Positions 7,948 through 16,436 of a DNA stretch of 64,000 nucleotides are shown here, piece by piece (the stretch's first letter is position 1; each line of letters begins with the position of its first letter). The stretch covers positions 3,962 to 67,961 of IMG/VR virus record IMGVR_UViG_3300013131_000042, one strand, 5' to 3'. This stretch comes from a virus. A program made the translations under genes and the position numbers. The notes under the pieces were generated by a model. That model was not told the origin of the DNA. It ran no database searches and saw only the letters and a list, made by a program, of their open reading frames with translations.

Positions 7948-10080
7948 ATGCCCCTCTCGTTTTTCACCAACTCCGGTAACAGCTACGGCAGCGCTCTGCC
8001 GTTTCAGCGCATCGTAGAGCCCGCGCAGCTTGGGTTCTTCCTGGACCTGGAGCAGGCAGAGCTGCTGCGTATCCAGCGGTATAACGAGGGGTGGCGCTTC
8101 TACTTCGGCAAGCACTGGATGTTCAAGCGAGAGGACGGTGAGCCTCTCGTCACCATCAACCTCTTCCGCAAGATCATTGACAAGAGCGTCGCGTTCCTTG
8201 TGGCCAAGGGCTTCAACATCTCGACCCCGGAAACTCTGGAAGAGGTTACGAAGCCTTTTATTGACGAGGTGTGGACGTATAACAAGCGCGACCAGTTTGC
8301 TTGGGACGCCGCCACGATGGGCGCGTGCACGGGCGACGTTTTCGTACTCATCACGTACGAAGACCCGACGCCGATGCAGCAGCGCATCAACCCGTTCTCG
8401 CAGGGCCGTATCCGCGTCAACCTGCTTGGCTCGGAACAGGTCTACCCCACGTGGGACCCGCTGAACACGGATACGCTCGTCGCGGTGCGCATCGAGACGG
8501 TCTACTACGCCGAGCGCGGGACGCGTGAGCTAGACCGGGATGACCGCGTGAATCACGAGGGTCGTCAGCTCTACACGAGGCGTTTTACGCAGATCATCAC
8601 GCCGACGCAGATCGTGGAGCAGTTCCACGGAGAACAGCCTCGCGTGCGCCCGAACGTCCTGGGCGAGATTCCCATGGTGCACATCAAGAATCTGTCGCTG
8701 CCGAAGGAGTACTACGGCCTCAGCGACGGCTTCGACCTGATTGATCTGCAGCGGGAACTCAATGAGAAGGCTACCGATATTTCCGATACTATTAACTATC
8801 ACTCTGCACCTGTCACGGTTATTACTGGAGCTAAAGCCTCGCAGCTGAGCCGTGAAGCGCGTCAGATTTGGTCGGGCCTGCCGAAGGATGCCAACGTCTT
8901 CAACCTGAAGCTCGAAGGCGATCTCACAGCCGCGCACAACTATCTCAAGTTCATCAAGACATCGCTGCACGAGCTGTCTGACGTGCCCGAGAACGCGCTT
9001 GGCGCTTCTCAGCCCATCTCGAATACCAGCGGTGTGGCGCTGCATCTTCAGTATCAGCCGCTCATCGAGAAGACGCGTCGTAAGAAGGTGCAGTACGCGC
9101 CTGGTTTCGAGCAGATTAATTACTTCATCCTGCGCATCGGCATGGCGAAGGGCCTGATTAATCTGCCGTTTGACCTGTGCCGTCACTGCGGCGGTCGCAT
9201 CATCGAGATTGAGACGAAGGACACGGCCAAGGTCTGGAATCCCGAGGCGCAGACTTACGTCGACCAGCCTATTCGGAAGAAGCGCTGTTACCACATCGAG
9301 AAGGGCACTTTCGAGTTCTCAAAGCCGGAAGAGATGCGCCTCAAGTTCTGGCGCAAGTACGGCTTCGGGCAGGAGCTTCGAGAACTGCCGTATGCACAAA
9401 TTGAGAAGGAGATGCGCGGCGGTTTTGAGTCGTTTTGGGACTACGCGGCGCAGCAAGAGAAGAAACTGCAGGCGTGGGTTGAGGCGAACAAGGCCCAACT
9501 GACGCCCCAGCCTGCCCCTGCGGGTGAGGGAGAGCCCGCCCCGCAGGCTGCACCGATGCAGATTCCGCCCGAGCTTGCGAAGCTGCTGGGGCCGCAGCCA
9601 CCCAAGGGTCTGACCCCCGGCGTGATTCCGACGCACGAGATTGACGTGCCGGAGGAGCCGGAGAAGGTTACTGTTACTATCCCGTACGTTAATCCTGATA
9701 CGCAGGAGTACATGTTCTCGGAGACGAAGGAGCTGTTCCTCGTCCCCACGGGATGCCATCGTCCAGCCTACCTGAACCCCTTTGAGTCCACCGTGGACTT
9801 CCAAGAGACGCTGCCGAAGGATGAGGCCATTCAGTCGCAGCTCTACGCGCAGTATCAGGCGTCTGGCTGGGTCGACGCAGACTGGGTCCGTGAGCGCATC
9901 CCTGAGATTGCCGCGGATGCCAGCGAGATTCGTCGCCGCATGAAGAATCAACCCGTGGCGCCTGCAAAGGGTGCGAACATGTACCAGGAGCTGGCGCCAC
10001 CGCAGACGCCGACTGCCTCGGTACCTGATGCGGCGGGAAACCCTGTCTCTGTAACCAATCAACTCGATAATCAGAAGTGA
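7948..10080 (+). CDS. Portal protein (SPP1-like) with internal insertion
   Basis: N-x4-IIDKSVAFL, LGEIPMVHIKN, GLSD..DLIDLQRELN, NTSGVAL...YQPL, F..TLPKD features typical of SPP1-type portals; position after terminase. Confidence 0.88.
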   Translation: MPLSFFTNSGNSYGSALPFQRIVEPAQLGFFLDLEQAELLRIQRYNEGWRFYFGKHWMFKREDGEPLVTINLFRKIIDKSVAFLVAKGFNISTPETLEEVTKPFIDEVWTYNKRDQFAWDAATMGACTGDVFVLITYEDPTPMQQRINPFSQGRIRVNLLGSEQVYPTWDPLNTDTLVAVRIETVYYAERGTRELDRDDRVNHEGRQLYTRRFTQIITPTQIVEQFHGEQPRVRPNVLGEIPMVHIKNLSLPKEYYGLSDGFDLIDLQRELNEKATDISDTINYHSAPVTVITGAKASQLSREARQIWSGLPKDANVFNLKLEGDLTAAHNYLKFIKTSLHELSDVPENALGASQPISNTSGVALHLQYQPLIEKTRRKKVQYAPGFEQINYFILRIGMAKGLINLPFDLCRHCGGRIIEIETKDTAKVWNPEAQTYVDQPIRKKRCYHIEKGTFEFSKPEEMRLKFWRKYGFGQELRELPYAQIEKEMRGGFESFWDYAAQQEKKLQAWVEANKAQLTPQPAPAGEGEPAPQAAPMQIPPELAKLLGPQPPKGLTPGVIPTHEIDVPEEPEKVTVTIPYVNPDTQEYMFSETKELFLVPTGCHRPAYLNPFESTVDFQETLPKDEAIQSQLYAQYQASGWVDADWVRERIPEIAADASEIRRRMKNQPVAPAKGANMYQELAPPQTPTASVPDAAGNPVSVTNQLDNQK

Positions 10081-10088
10081 GGCTAATT

Positions 10089-10391
10089 ATGAAGGATATG
10101 AGCAACTGTTCGGGCTACACGACGGGCGACAAGGGCGGCTCGTGCGGCCCTGTGGGTCACGGCATGTCGAGCTGCGGGACCAAGAAGATGGGCATGGGCG
10201 GCAAGAGCGGCCGTCGCACGAAGGCCACCCCGGGTATGTACTACTCGGACGGCATGGGTGGCATGAGCCACAAGTACATGGCCGGTGACGGGATGGATGG
10301 TATGCCTTCCATGAACACGCATGAGTTCAAGGGCGGCATGAAGGGTAAGACCCCGTTCCTCAAGAAGATGATGGCGAAGAAGGGCAAGTAA
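10089..10391 (+). CDS. Met/Gly/Lys-rich small basic protein
   Basis: GAGG SD before ATG 10089; low complexity; carries HKY...THEF motif. Confidence 0.6.
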   Translation: MKDMSNCSGYTTGDKGGSCGPVGHGMSSCGTKKMGMGGKSGRRTKATPGMYYSDGMGGMSHKYMAGDGMDGMPSMNTHEFKGGMKGKTPFLKKMMAKKGK

Positions 10392-10392
10392 T

Positions 10393-10812
10393 ATGTTCAT
10401 CCCGAATCAGTTCGTCTCGTCGACCGCGTTGCGTCAGCGTGAGTATGACCCCGAGGGTCGTCTGCGTGAGTTTCGCATCACGGGCGGACGCGATTCGGAT
10501 GATGGGGGCATCGCCGAGGCAAACAGCCTCTACGCCACGGATGCCGAGTTTTTCGGGTCGATGGCGCCGTTCCTCAGACGCAATAAGGCACGGGACGCGC
10601 GACGCCGTAACTATGTCATCCAGCCGGGAGGAGCTGCGATCGTGTTCAGCGGTCCTGCCCCGGCGGTGCCCCCCTCGCCCCTGCGGGCGCTTATGCCCTC
10701 TGCGCAAGAGTCCTTCGGCCATAACTCCTACGATGGGACCAAATTTGGTGGCGGAGGAGCAGTGTTTAATGTGAGTGATGCTGGACCTGTGGGTAGGGGC
10801 GGTGCTAGGTAG
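10393..10812 (+). CDS. Hypothetical head-region protein
   Basis: Tightly coupled ORF between portal and scaffold. Confidence 0.6.
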   Translation: MFIPNQFVSSTALRQREYDPEGRLREFRITGGRDSDDGGIAEANSLYATDAEFFGSMAPFLRRNKARDARRRNYVIQPGGAAIVFSGPAPAVPPSPLRALMPSAQESFGHNSYDGTKFGGGGAVFNVSDAGPVGRGGAR

Positions 10813-10835
10813 CCTCGCTCAACCCGAGGTACAGC

Positions 10836-11549
10836 ATGATTCTGAGCAAATTTGCGTTGCAAGCCGTTCTCGTTGCCGCTGAGGTTTTTTCCAGCCCCAC
10901 GCGTGACTTCGAAAAGCTGAGCGGAATTGCAGCTAGCGTTGCGGCCAGTGTCGAGGAGAGCCGCGTGTTGCCGTTCGAGGGTGAGGCCGCGCAAGAGGCG
11001 ACGGTGCTCGCCCTCGTAGCTATTTCGGCGCACGAGAGCCATTTCCGGGACGACATCCGCCAGTGCAAGGTCCGCGGAGACCATGGGGCCAGCGTGTCCA
11101 TGTACCAACTACACAATGGTGTTATTTGGCGCGGCAACAGCCTCAAGGATATCTGTAATAATGAGGTTCTTGCGGGTAAATTGGCGATTCAAGCCTTGGT
11201 AGATGCCAAGCAGCGGCTGAAGACCATTCGCAGCATGTTCCGTGGATATGCTACTGGAAATCCTGCGAAGCCTGCAGCTAGCGCCGATGCGCATCACGGG
11301 CTTTCTGGCATGTTCTTTACGCTTGCCAAACATCCAGACTTCGACATCATTCCTAGTGATAGTAATCGTCGTCTGAGCGCCTCCTGGAGAACTAATGAGC
11401 AAGAAAAAGCCACCTTTGGGGTCAGGCGCTCGTTTCGCCAAGCTGGAGAAGTCTCTGGAGGCGAAGGGGGCGGAGAAGCCGCAGGCGCTTGCTGCTTGGA
11501 TCGGCCAGAAAAAGTATGGTCCTTCCAAGATGGCAAAGATGGCTGCTAA
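10836..11549 (+). CDS. Lysozyme-like/lytic transglycosylase-like protein
   Basis: AISAHESHF (catalytic ES) followed by GD.G.S...YQ motif and later Y.TG; hydrophobic N-terminus; last ~50 aa overlap the next gene. Confidence 0.6.
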   Translation: MILSKFALQAVLVAAEVFSSPTRDFEKLSGIAASVAASVEESRVLPFEGEAAQEATVLALVAISAHESHFRDDIRQCKVRGDHGASVSMYQLHNGVIWRGNSLKDICNNEVLAGKLAIQALVDAKQRLKTIRSMFRGYATGNPAKPAASADAHHGLSGMFFTLAKHPDFDIIPSDSNRRLSASWRTNEQEKATFGVRRSFRQAGEVSGGEGGGEAAGACCLDRPEKVWSFQDGKDGC

Positions 11550-11685
11550 AGAGCGGTCTAAAAAGCACGGAATGCAGATGGGTCCGTCTGGCTATGGCAC
11601 GACGCACGGCCTCGTTCACGTGTATGGCGCTGAGGCGTATGACCCCAACGCTCATGAGTATCTGAGCCCCGCACAGGATTACTAA
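11395..11685 (+). CDS. Small basic head-region protein
   Basis: GGAG SD; Lys-rich G.RF..L...ALAAWIG.KKYG segment; C-terminal HVY...AHEY tag. Confidence 0.65.
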   Translation: MSKKKPPLGSGARFAKLEKSLEAKGAEKPQALAAWIGQKKYGPSKMAKMAAKERSKKHGMQMGPSGYGTTHGLVHVYGAEAYDPNAHEYLSPAQDY

Positions 11686-12140
11686 TGTCGTTGACCAAGT
11701 GGTTCGACGAGAAGTGGGTTGATATCTCCCGTCCTAAAAAGGACGGGGGGTATGAATCCTGCGGCCGTAAAGACGCTTCAGAGGGCAAGTACCCGAAGTG
11801 TCTCCCGGCTGCGAAGGCTGCACGCCTCTCGGAGACGGAGCGCAGCTCGGCCGTTCGTCGCAAGCGTAGTGCGGAGAGCAAGATGGCTGGCAAGAAGGAT
11901 GGAAAGCCTGTATTCGTGGCCACGAAGGCGGAACACGGCGCTTCGGAGCCCACGAACAAGAAGCTCTACGCGCAGGTGAAGTCGGCAGCGAAGAAGAAGT
12001 TCGACGTGTACCCCTCTGCTTACGCTAATGGCTGGCTTGTGCAGGAGTACAAGAAGCGTGGCGGCGGTTATCGCAACACGCATGGCTACACGGCGGACGA
12101 AGAGTGCTGTAACGACAACAGCCACGAGTACCGCAAATGA
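11685..12140 (+). CDS. Basic head-region protein (DUF5872-like)
   Basis: L.KWF.EKWVDI...CGR...YPKCLP and YPSAYANGWLVQEYKKRGGGY segments, recalled from phage DUF5872-like proteins; C-terminal HGY...SHEY tag. Confidence 0.7.
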   Translation: MSLTKWFDEKWVDISRPKKDGGYESCGRKDASEGKYPKCLPAAKAARLSETERSSAVRRKRSAESKMAGKKDGKPVFVATKAEHGASEPTNKKLYAQVKSAAKKKFDVYPSAYANGWLVQEYKKRGGGYRNTHGYTADEECCNDNSHEYRK

Positions 12141-12325
12141 AGCGCAAGCCCAAAGTTAGTGCGCCCGTGAATTTTGGCGAAAACAGCGTCGCGGGCTACG
12201 ACCTTGGGCCTCTCATGCCCTCGAACCGTGCCGAGATTCCGATGAACTCGCACGATCAAATTGAGCGGCTGAATGCCAATGACATCACTGGATTCCGCTG
12301 GGACATCCGGTTTGACGGAGTTTAA
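12137..12325 (+). CDS. Hypothetical protein
   Basis: ATGA-coupled ORF. Confidence 0.5.
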   Translation: MKRKPKVSAPVNFGENSVAGYDLGPLMPSNRAEIPMNSHDQIERLNANDITGFRWDIRFDGV

Positions 12326-12327
12326 CG

Positions 12328-12768
12328 GTGAAGAAAATGGGCCTATCTAAGCGTGACATGAATCGTTTCATGGAAGTCGTACCCGGACCGTCCCCTGTCC
12401 CGGGTCCGTCGCGTTCCGTTGGCGTGGGCGTGGGCGGTCTTCCGCTCTTCCACGAGGGCGGCGTTCGTGCGGGCGGTGACTGGGAGACCCTTCCCTCGGT
12501 CATGGTGCCGTTGCCGAAGCAGGGCTACGACGAGCATCGGTTCCACGGGATGGGGCCATCCAAGGCGTCGATGATGTCGCTTGAAGAGGGCGAGGAAGGT
12601 AGTGAAGATGCAGAAGACATGCCGCCGTCCTCAAAGCCAGCCCCGCCGACCACGGGTAAAATGGGCATGGGCCGGAACGCCAGCTGCGGTTTCCGTGGTT
12701 GTGGATTTGCCTCGAAAGACCATGGTCTTATGGCAAAGCATCGTCTATCGTCCCATGGGCTCAAGTAA
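12328..12768 (+). CDS. Hypothetical low-complexity protein with C-terminal C2H2-like motif
   Basis: GGAG SD; ends CGFRGCGF...LMAKHRLSSH. Confidence 0.55.
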   Translation: MKKMGLSKRDMNRFMEVVPGPSPVPGPSRSVGVGVGGLPLFHEGGVRAGGDWETLPSVMVPLPKQGYDEHRFHGMGPSKASMMSLEEGEEGSEDAEDMPPSSKPAPPTTGKMGMGRNASCGFRGCGFASKDHGLMAKHRLSSHGLK

Positions 12769-12774
12769 TCTTTC

Positions 12775-12795
12775 GTACTGATTTAGTATCGGTAC
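12775..12795 (+). promoter_or_regulatory. Intergenic inverted repeat, copy 1 of GTACTGATTT(C)AGTA motif
   Basis: GTACTGAT-TTAGT-ATCGGTAC hairpin; same core recurs upstream of the capsid gene. Confidence 0.4.
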
Positions 12796-12822
12796 TATCT
12801 CACTGCAACAGGAGACACGAAC

Positions 12823-13149
12823 ATGGCTGTTAATTTTGGCAAGACGACCAACATGGTCGAGGGCTCGCTCGGCTCTGGTGACTACCAGATGTACGGCGTC
12901 GGTAACAACCCGATGGCTTTCCGTGAGGCCACCCGCAAGGGCAAGTTCCCGAGCGACAACACCGGTCCGGACCGCTCGCAGGGTGAGAACTCTGGCGCCG
13001 GTTCGCTCTACTCGGCGATGCTCAATGAGCGCCCGAACATCTCGAACCCGCGTAACCGCGGCCCGGAGCGCGCCCCGTCGCGCGATGGTGCGACCTCGAT
13101 TCCGATCGTCGCGATGACTGCCCGTGGTACGGGCCGCGTCGGCGGCTGA
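12823..13149 (+). CDS. Hypothetical, probably abundant virion/head protein
   Basis: AGGAG SD, strongly biased codon usage like the capsid gene. Confidence 0.65.
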   Translation: MAVNFGKTTNMVEGSLGSGDYQMYGVGNNPMAFREATRKGKFPSDNTGPDRSQGENSGAGSLYSAMLNERPNISNPRNRGPERAPSRDGATSIPIVAMTARGTGRVGG

Positions 13150-13189
13150 TTAACTAAAAGTTTCTCTAAAGGACGTAGGAGCGAAGAAC

Positions 13190-14293
13190 ATGCCTCAGCA
13201 AACTAACGAAGCCCCAAACGTTGAACAGGTCCCTGCAGCTAACGCGGCGTCTACCGACACGATTACTGAGGATACCGAGCGTCGGATTCAGAAGGCTCGG
13301 GAGGAAGAAAAGCGTCGTCTCTATGCTCAGATTGAGCAGGAGAAGGCGGAACGTCTTTCTCTTGAGAAGAAACTTGCGGAGCGTGAGAAGGCGGAGAAGG
13401 AGCAAAAGCTCGCTCAACTTCCCCCGGATCAGCAAGTTGTTGCCCGACTGTCCGAGCTTGAGCAGCGGTTGGCTGCTGAACGTGGTGAGGCGCTCCAGCG
13501 CGAAGCCACGCTTCAGAACCACCTTCGCGCGTTGGGTCTTGTGGCGTACCGCGAGCGGGCGCTTCAGGAAGTTCCCCGTGAAATCCATGACTTCGTCCAT
13601 GGAAATAGCGAGGAAGAAATCGACGTTGCGGTTGATCGAGCCAAGTCGCTTTACGGGTCGTTGGAACAACGTCTGCGAGCTAAGCTGGCCCCCGTCCAGC
13701 CCGCTCCGCAAGCAATGGCGGTGCCGATGGCGCCTCCACCAATGAATCCGGCGTTTGTCGCGCAGCCTCAGTATCCCGTGGCGGGTTTCCCTACGGCCAC
13801 TAACCCCCTCCCGGTCGCGGAGGGGTTGGCAGAGACTGACCTCACTGCCATGACTTCGGAACAGGCAGTCCGCAATGGCAAGTACGGTGGCGAAATGCGT
13901 GATCGTATCCTTGCTCAACTTCGCGGACAGGCCGGTGCGTATCAGCCGACTAACCCCGGTGCTACGCCCCGTCACCTGAGCGGCGTGTCCTATCAGCAGA
14001 TGCCGAACGGTGTCATGCAACCGATGGGTACGCCGATGCAGGCTCCGATGCCTACGCAGATGGTCCAGTCTCCCAGCCCTGTGGGTATGCCCGCCCCCAT
14101 GCCAGTCATGGATGCAGGTGACCCCCGGGCTGCGGCTTTGGCAGCGATTCAACGCACGCACGCAGGACAGAACCCAGTCATGGGAGCACAGCAAGGTGCA
14201 GGTAACGCTCTGGCGGCTGCGCAAGCCTATGCCCAACAGCATGGAATTGCGAACCCGGCAGAAGCCTTCGCCGCGCGGTTCTCTCAGGGCTGA
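13190..14293 (+). CDS. Capsid scaffolding protein
   Basis: Charged coiled-coil N-terminal half and Pro/Gln/Met-rich C-terminus; immediately upstream of the major capsid gene. Confidence 0.8.
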   Translation: MPQQTNEAPNVEQVPAANAASTDTITEDTERRIQKAREEEKRRLYAQIEQEKAERLSLEKKLAEREKAEKEQKLAQLPPDQQVVARLSELEQRLAAERGEALQREATLQNHLRALGLVAYRERALQEVPREIHDFVHGNSEEEIDVAVDRAKSLYGSLEQRLRAKLAPVQPAPQAMAVPMAPPPMNPAFVAQPQYPVAGFPTATNPLPVAEGLAETDLTAMTSEQAVRNGKYGGEMRDRILAQLRGQAGAYQPTNPGATPRHLSGVSYQQMPNGVMQPMGTPMQAPMPTQMVQSPSPVGMPAPMPVMDAGDPRAAALAAIQRTHAGQNPVMGAQQGAGNALAAAQAYAQQHGIANPAEAFAARFSQG

Positions 14294-14303
14294 TCTGACC
14301 TCC

Positions 14304-14324
14304 GTGTACTGATTTCAGTAACAC
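14304..14324 (+). promoter_or_regulatory. Intergenic inverted repeat, copy 2 of GTACTGATTT(C)AGTA motif
   Basis: GTGTACTGA-TT-TCAGTAACAC hairpin just upstream of the capsid SD. Confidence 0.4.
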
Positions 14325-14339
14325 TAGGGAGATTCTAAA

Positions 14340-15323
14340 ATGCCGTCCGTTCTCAATACCGCCAGCACGACTGGCGCCGGTTTTAGCCAGCAGGTCAACG
14401 CGATCCGCGACGTTTACAGCGCGGAAATTTGGTTCGCCGCTCTTCCGATCCTCAAGTTCGACCAGTTTTCGACGAAGAAGACCGAGCTTGGTGTTCAGCC
14501 GGGCCGCACCATCCAACTTCCGAAGTACGGTTCCATCAAGCGTGGTGGCCGTCTCCAGGAAGGCGTCCGTCTCCAGACCCGCGGCATGAGCATGTCTCAG
14601 GCGTCGCTCACGGTCTACGAGCAGGGCAACGCGATCGGGTTCTCGGAGTACCTCCTCCAGACCTCGTTCTTCGACCAGCTCTCGGCTGCGTCGCTTCTCC
14701 TCGGTCGTGACATGGCGGTCGTTCTCGACCTCCAGCTCCGCGACACCGTCGTCTCGGGCACGAACGTCGTGTTCGCGAACGGCCGTGCGAGCCGCACCGC
14801 CCTCATCGCGGGCGACTCCTTTGACACCCAGGTGCTCAAGGACGCGGTCGAGACCCTTGAGACCAACAACACCCCGAAGTGGGCGGGCGACCACTATGTG
14901 TGTTTCCTCCACCCGCACCAGGGCCGTGGCCTCCGTGACGACAACGACTGGATCAACGCTTCGCTCTACGCGGGCGCGACCCAGATTTACACGGGCGAGA
15001 TTGGCCGTTACGAGGACGTTCGTTTCATCTCCACCACGGTGATGCCGAACGGCCGTAACTCGGCTGTCGACCCCAACACGGGCGACTACGTCGACATCGG
15101 CTTCAACCCGGCCCTCGCGGCTGGCTTCGCCGGTAACCAGACCACCATCTATCAGGCTGTCCTCTTCGGTGAGTACAGCTACGGTCACGCGACCGCCCTC
15201 CCGGTCGAACTCCGCGACAACGGCGTCGAGGACTTCGGTCGTGAGCACGGTCTCGCGTGGTACGCCATCTGGGGCCAGGGCGTCCTCGAAAACCCGAACA
15301 TCGTCGTCATCGAGACGGCCTGA
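14340..15323 (+). CDS. Major capsid protein (HK97 fold, N4-gp56-like family)
   Basis: 327 aa; G.TI..PKY, L.EGV, GEIGRYEDVRFI, DFGR.HGLAWY pattern; most biased codon usage in the window. Confidence 0.9.
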   Translation: MPSVLNTASTTGAGFSQQVNAIRDVYSAEIWFAALPILKFDQFSTKKTELGVQPGRTIQLPKYGSIKRGGRLQEGVRLQTRGMSMSQASLTVYEQGNAIGFSEYLLQTSFFDQLSAASLLLGRDMAVVLDLQLRDTVVSGTNVVFANGRASRTALIAGDSFDTQVLKDAVETLETNNTPKWAGDHYVCFLHPHQGRGLRDDNDWINASLYAGATQIYTGEIGRYEDVRFISTTVMPNGRNSAVDPNTGDYVDIGFNPALAAGFAGNQTTIYQAVLFGEYSYGHATALPVELRDNGVEDFGREHGLAWYAIWGQGVLENPNIVVIETA

Positions 15324-15344
15324 TTTTAGATTAGGAGCAATCAA

Positions 15345-15668
15345 ATGGCTAACGTCAACGCTACCCTCCAGACCGTCCCGATGGGCGTGAACCAGGGCAA
15401 CATCTTCTACGTGCTCGCCAACGTGGGCACGGGCCTCGCCGCGGCGGACACGCTCACGGTGACCCTTCCCGCGGAAGTCTCTGCGGACAGCCGCCCGTTC
15501 TCGGTTCTCACGTACGGCCCTGCGGCTGCAAACGTGGTGACCATCGACGCGGACCTCGTCCTCACGAGCCACAACGTGTCGACGGGCGCTACCGTCCTCA
15601 CGGCGGGCGGCAACGTCGCGCTGAACAGCAAGGTCCTTATCGGCTATATCGGCGCCGGTACGGCCTGA
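15345..15668 (+). CDS. Putative capsid decoration/structural protein
   Basis: Directly after capsid gene; AGGAG SD; Ala/Thr/Val-rich. Confidence 0.6.
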   Translation: MANVNATLQTVPMGVNQGNIFYVLANVGTGLAAADTLTVTLPAEVSADSRPFSVLTYGPAAANVVTIDADLVLTSHNVSTGATVLTAGGNVALNSKVLIGYIGAGTA

Positions 15669-15688
15669 AATTAACCAAGGGTTGAATC

Positions 15689-16021
15689 ATGAGCAAGAAT
15701 GAAGCAAAGGTCGTCGTCCGTGAACCTGTCCAGCCGTCGCACCAGGGCTACCAGTCTCAGGAAGCGTTTGAGCAGGCCACGCTGAAGAGTGCAGAAGACA
15801 TCGGCCTTGATCAGCCCGTGGTTGCGGAAATTCTGGTCCAGGCGCCGGAGAAGATGGTGGCGGTGGACCCGGTCGAGATGGAAACGCTCGTCCGGGTTCG
15901 CCCCCGCGAAACTATCCCTTCCATGCGTTACGGCAAGCGCCTGTTTAGTTTCCAGGCTGGGAAGGAAGTGCTGGTTCCGAAGTTCGTCCAGCAACACCTC
16001 CTCGAAAAGGGAATTATCTGA
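15689..16021 (+). CDS. Hypothetical head-completion-region protein
   Basis: C-terminal F.AGKEVLVPKFV..HL.EKG, typical of small post-capsid proteins. Confidence 0.6.
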   Translation: MSKNEAKVVVREPVQPSHQGYQSQEAFEQATLKSAEDIGLDQPVVAEILVQAPEKMVAVDPVEMETLVRVRPRETIPSMRYGKRLFSFQAGKEVLVPKFVQQHLLEKGII

Positions 16022-16434
16022 TGCGATACGGCCTCTGCCACGGCTACGACAGTGAAGACGAGTTCGAGGACTCTGCGCACGAGTACCGTGGCGGGGCCGA
16101 ACCGCATATGACCAAGAAGGACAAGGATCCCCGGGGAGGGCTTACTGCCGCTGGCCGTGCGAAGTTTAACAAGGCCACTGGTGGTAATCTCAAACCGGGG
16201 GTTCGCGGTGCTGCTGACAGCCCCGAGAAAATGCGTAGGAAGGGGTCGTTCCTGCGACGCCACTACGCCAAGAGCGACACCCCGCCGCTCACCAAACCGA
16301 ACGGGGAGCCGACGCGTTACGCTCTGCAGGCACGAGCCTGGGGCGAGCCGTTGCCGAAGAACGAAGCCGACGTTCGAAAACTGGCGGCAAAAGGCGCTCG
16401 ACTTCTTGAGCGTTATCGTAAGACGAAAGACTGA
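16021..16434 (+). CDS. Basic protein (DUF6321-like)
   Basis: KDPRGGLTAAGRAKFN...NLKPGV...RRKGSFLRR, recalled from phage DUF6321-like proteins; N-terminal HGY...AHEY tag. Confidence 0.7.
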   Translation: MRYGLCHGYDSEDEFEDSAHEYRGGAEPHMTKKDKDPRGGLTAAGRAKFNKATGGNLKPGVRGAADSPEKMRRKGSFLRRHYAKSDTPPLTKPNGEPTRYALQARAWGEPLPKNEADVRKLAAKGARLLERYRKTKD

Positions 16435-16436
16435 CA

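Noticed and set aside
9170-9785. Intein in the portal
   Set aside because: No C-terminal HN-C/S/T splice junction or LAGLIDADG motifs.
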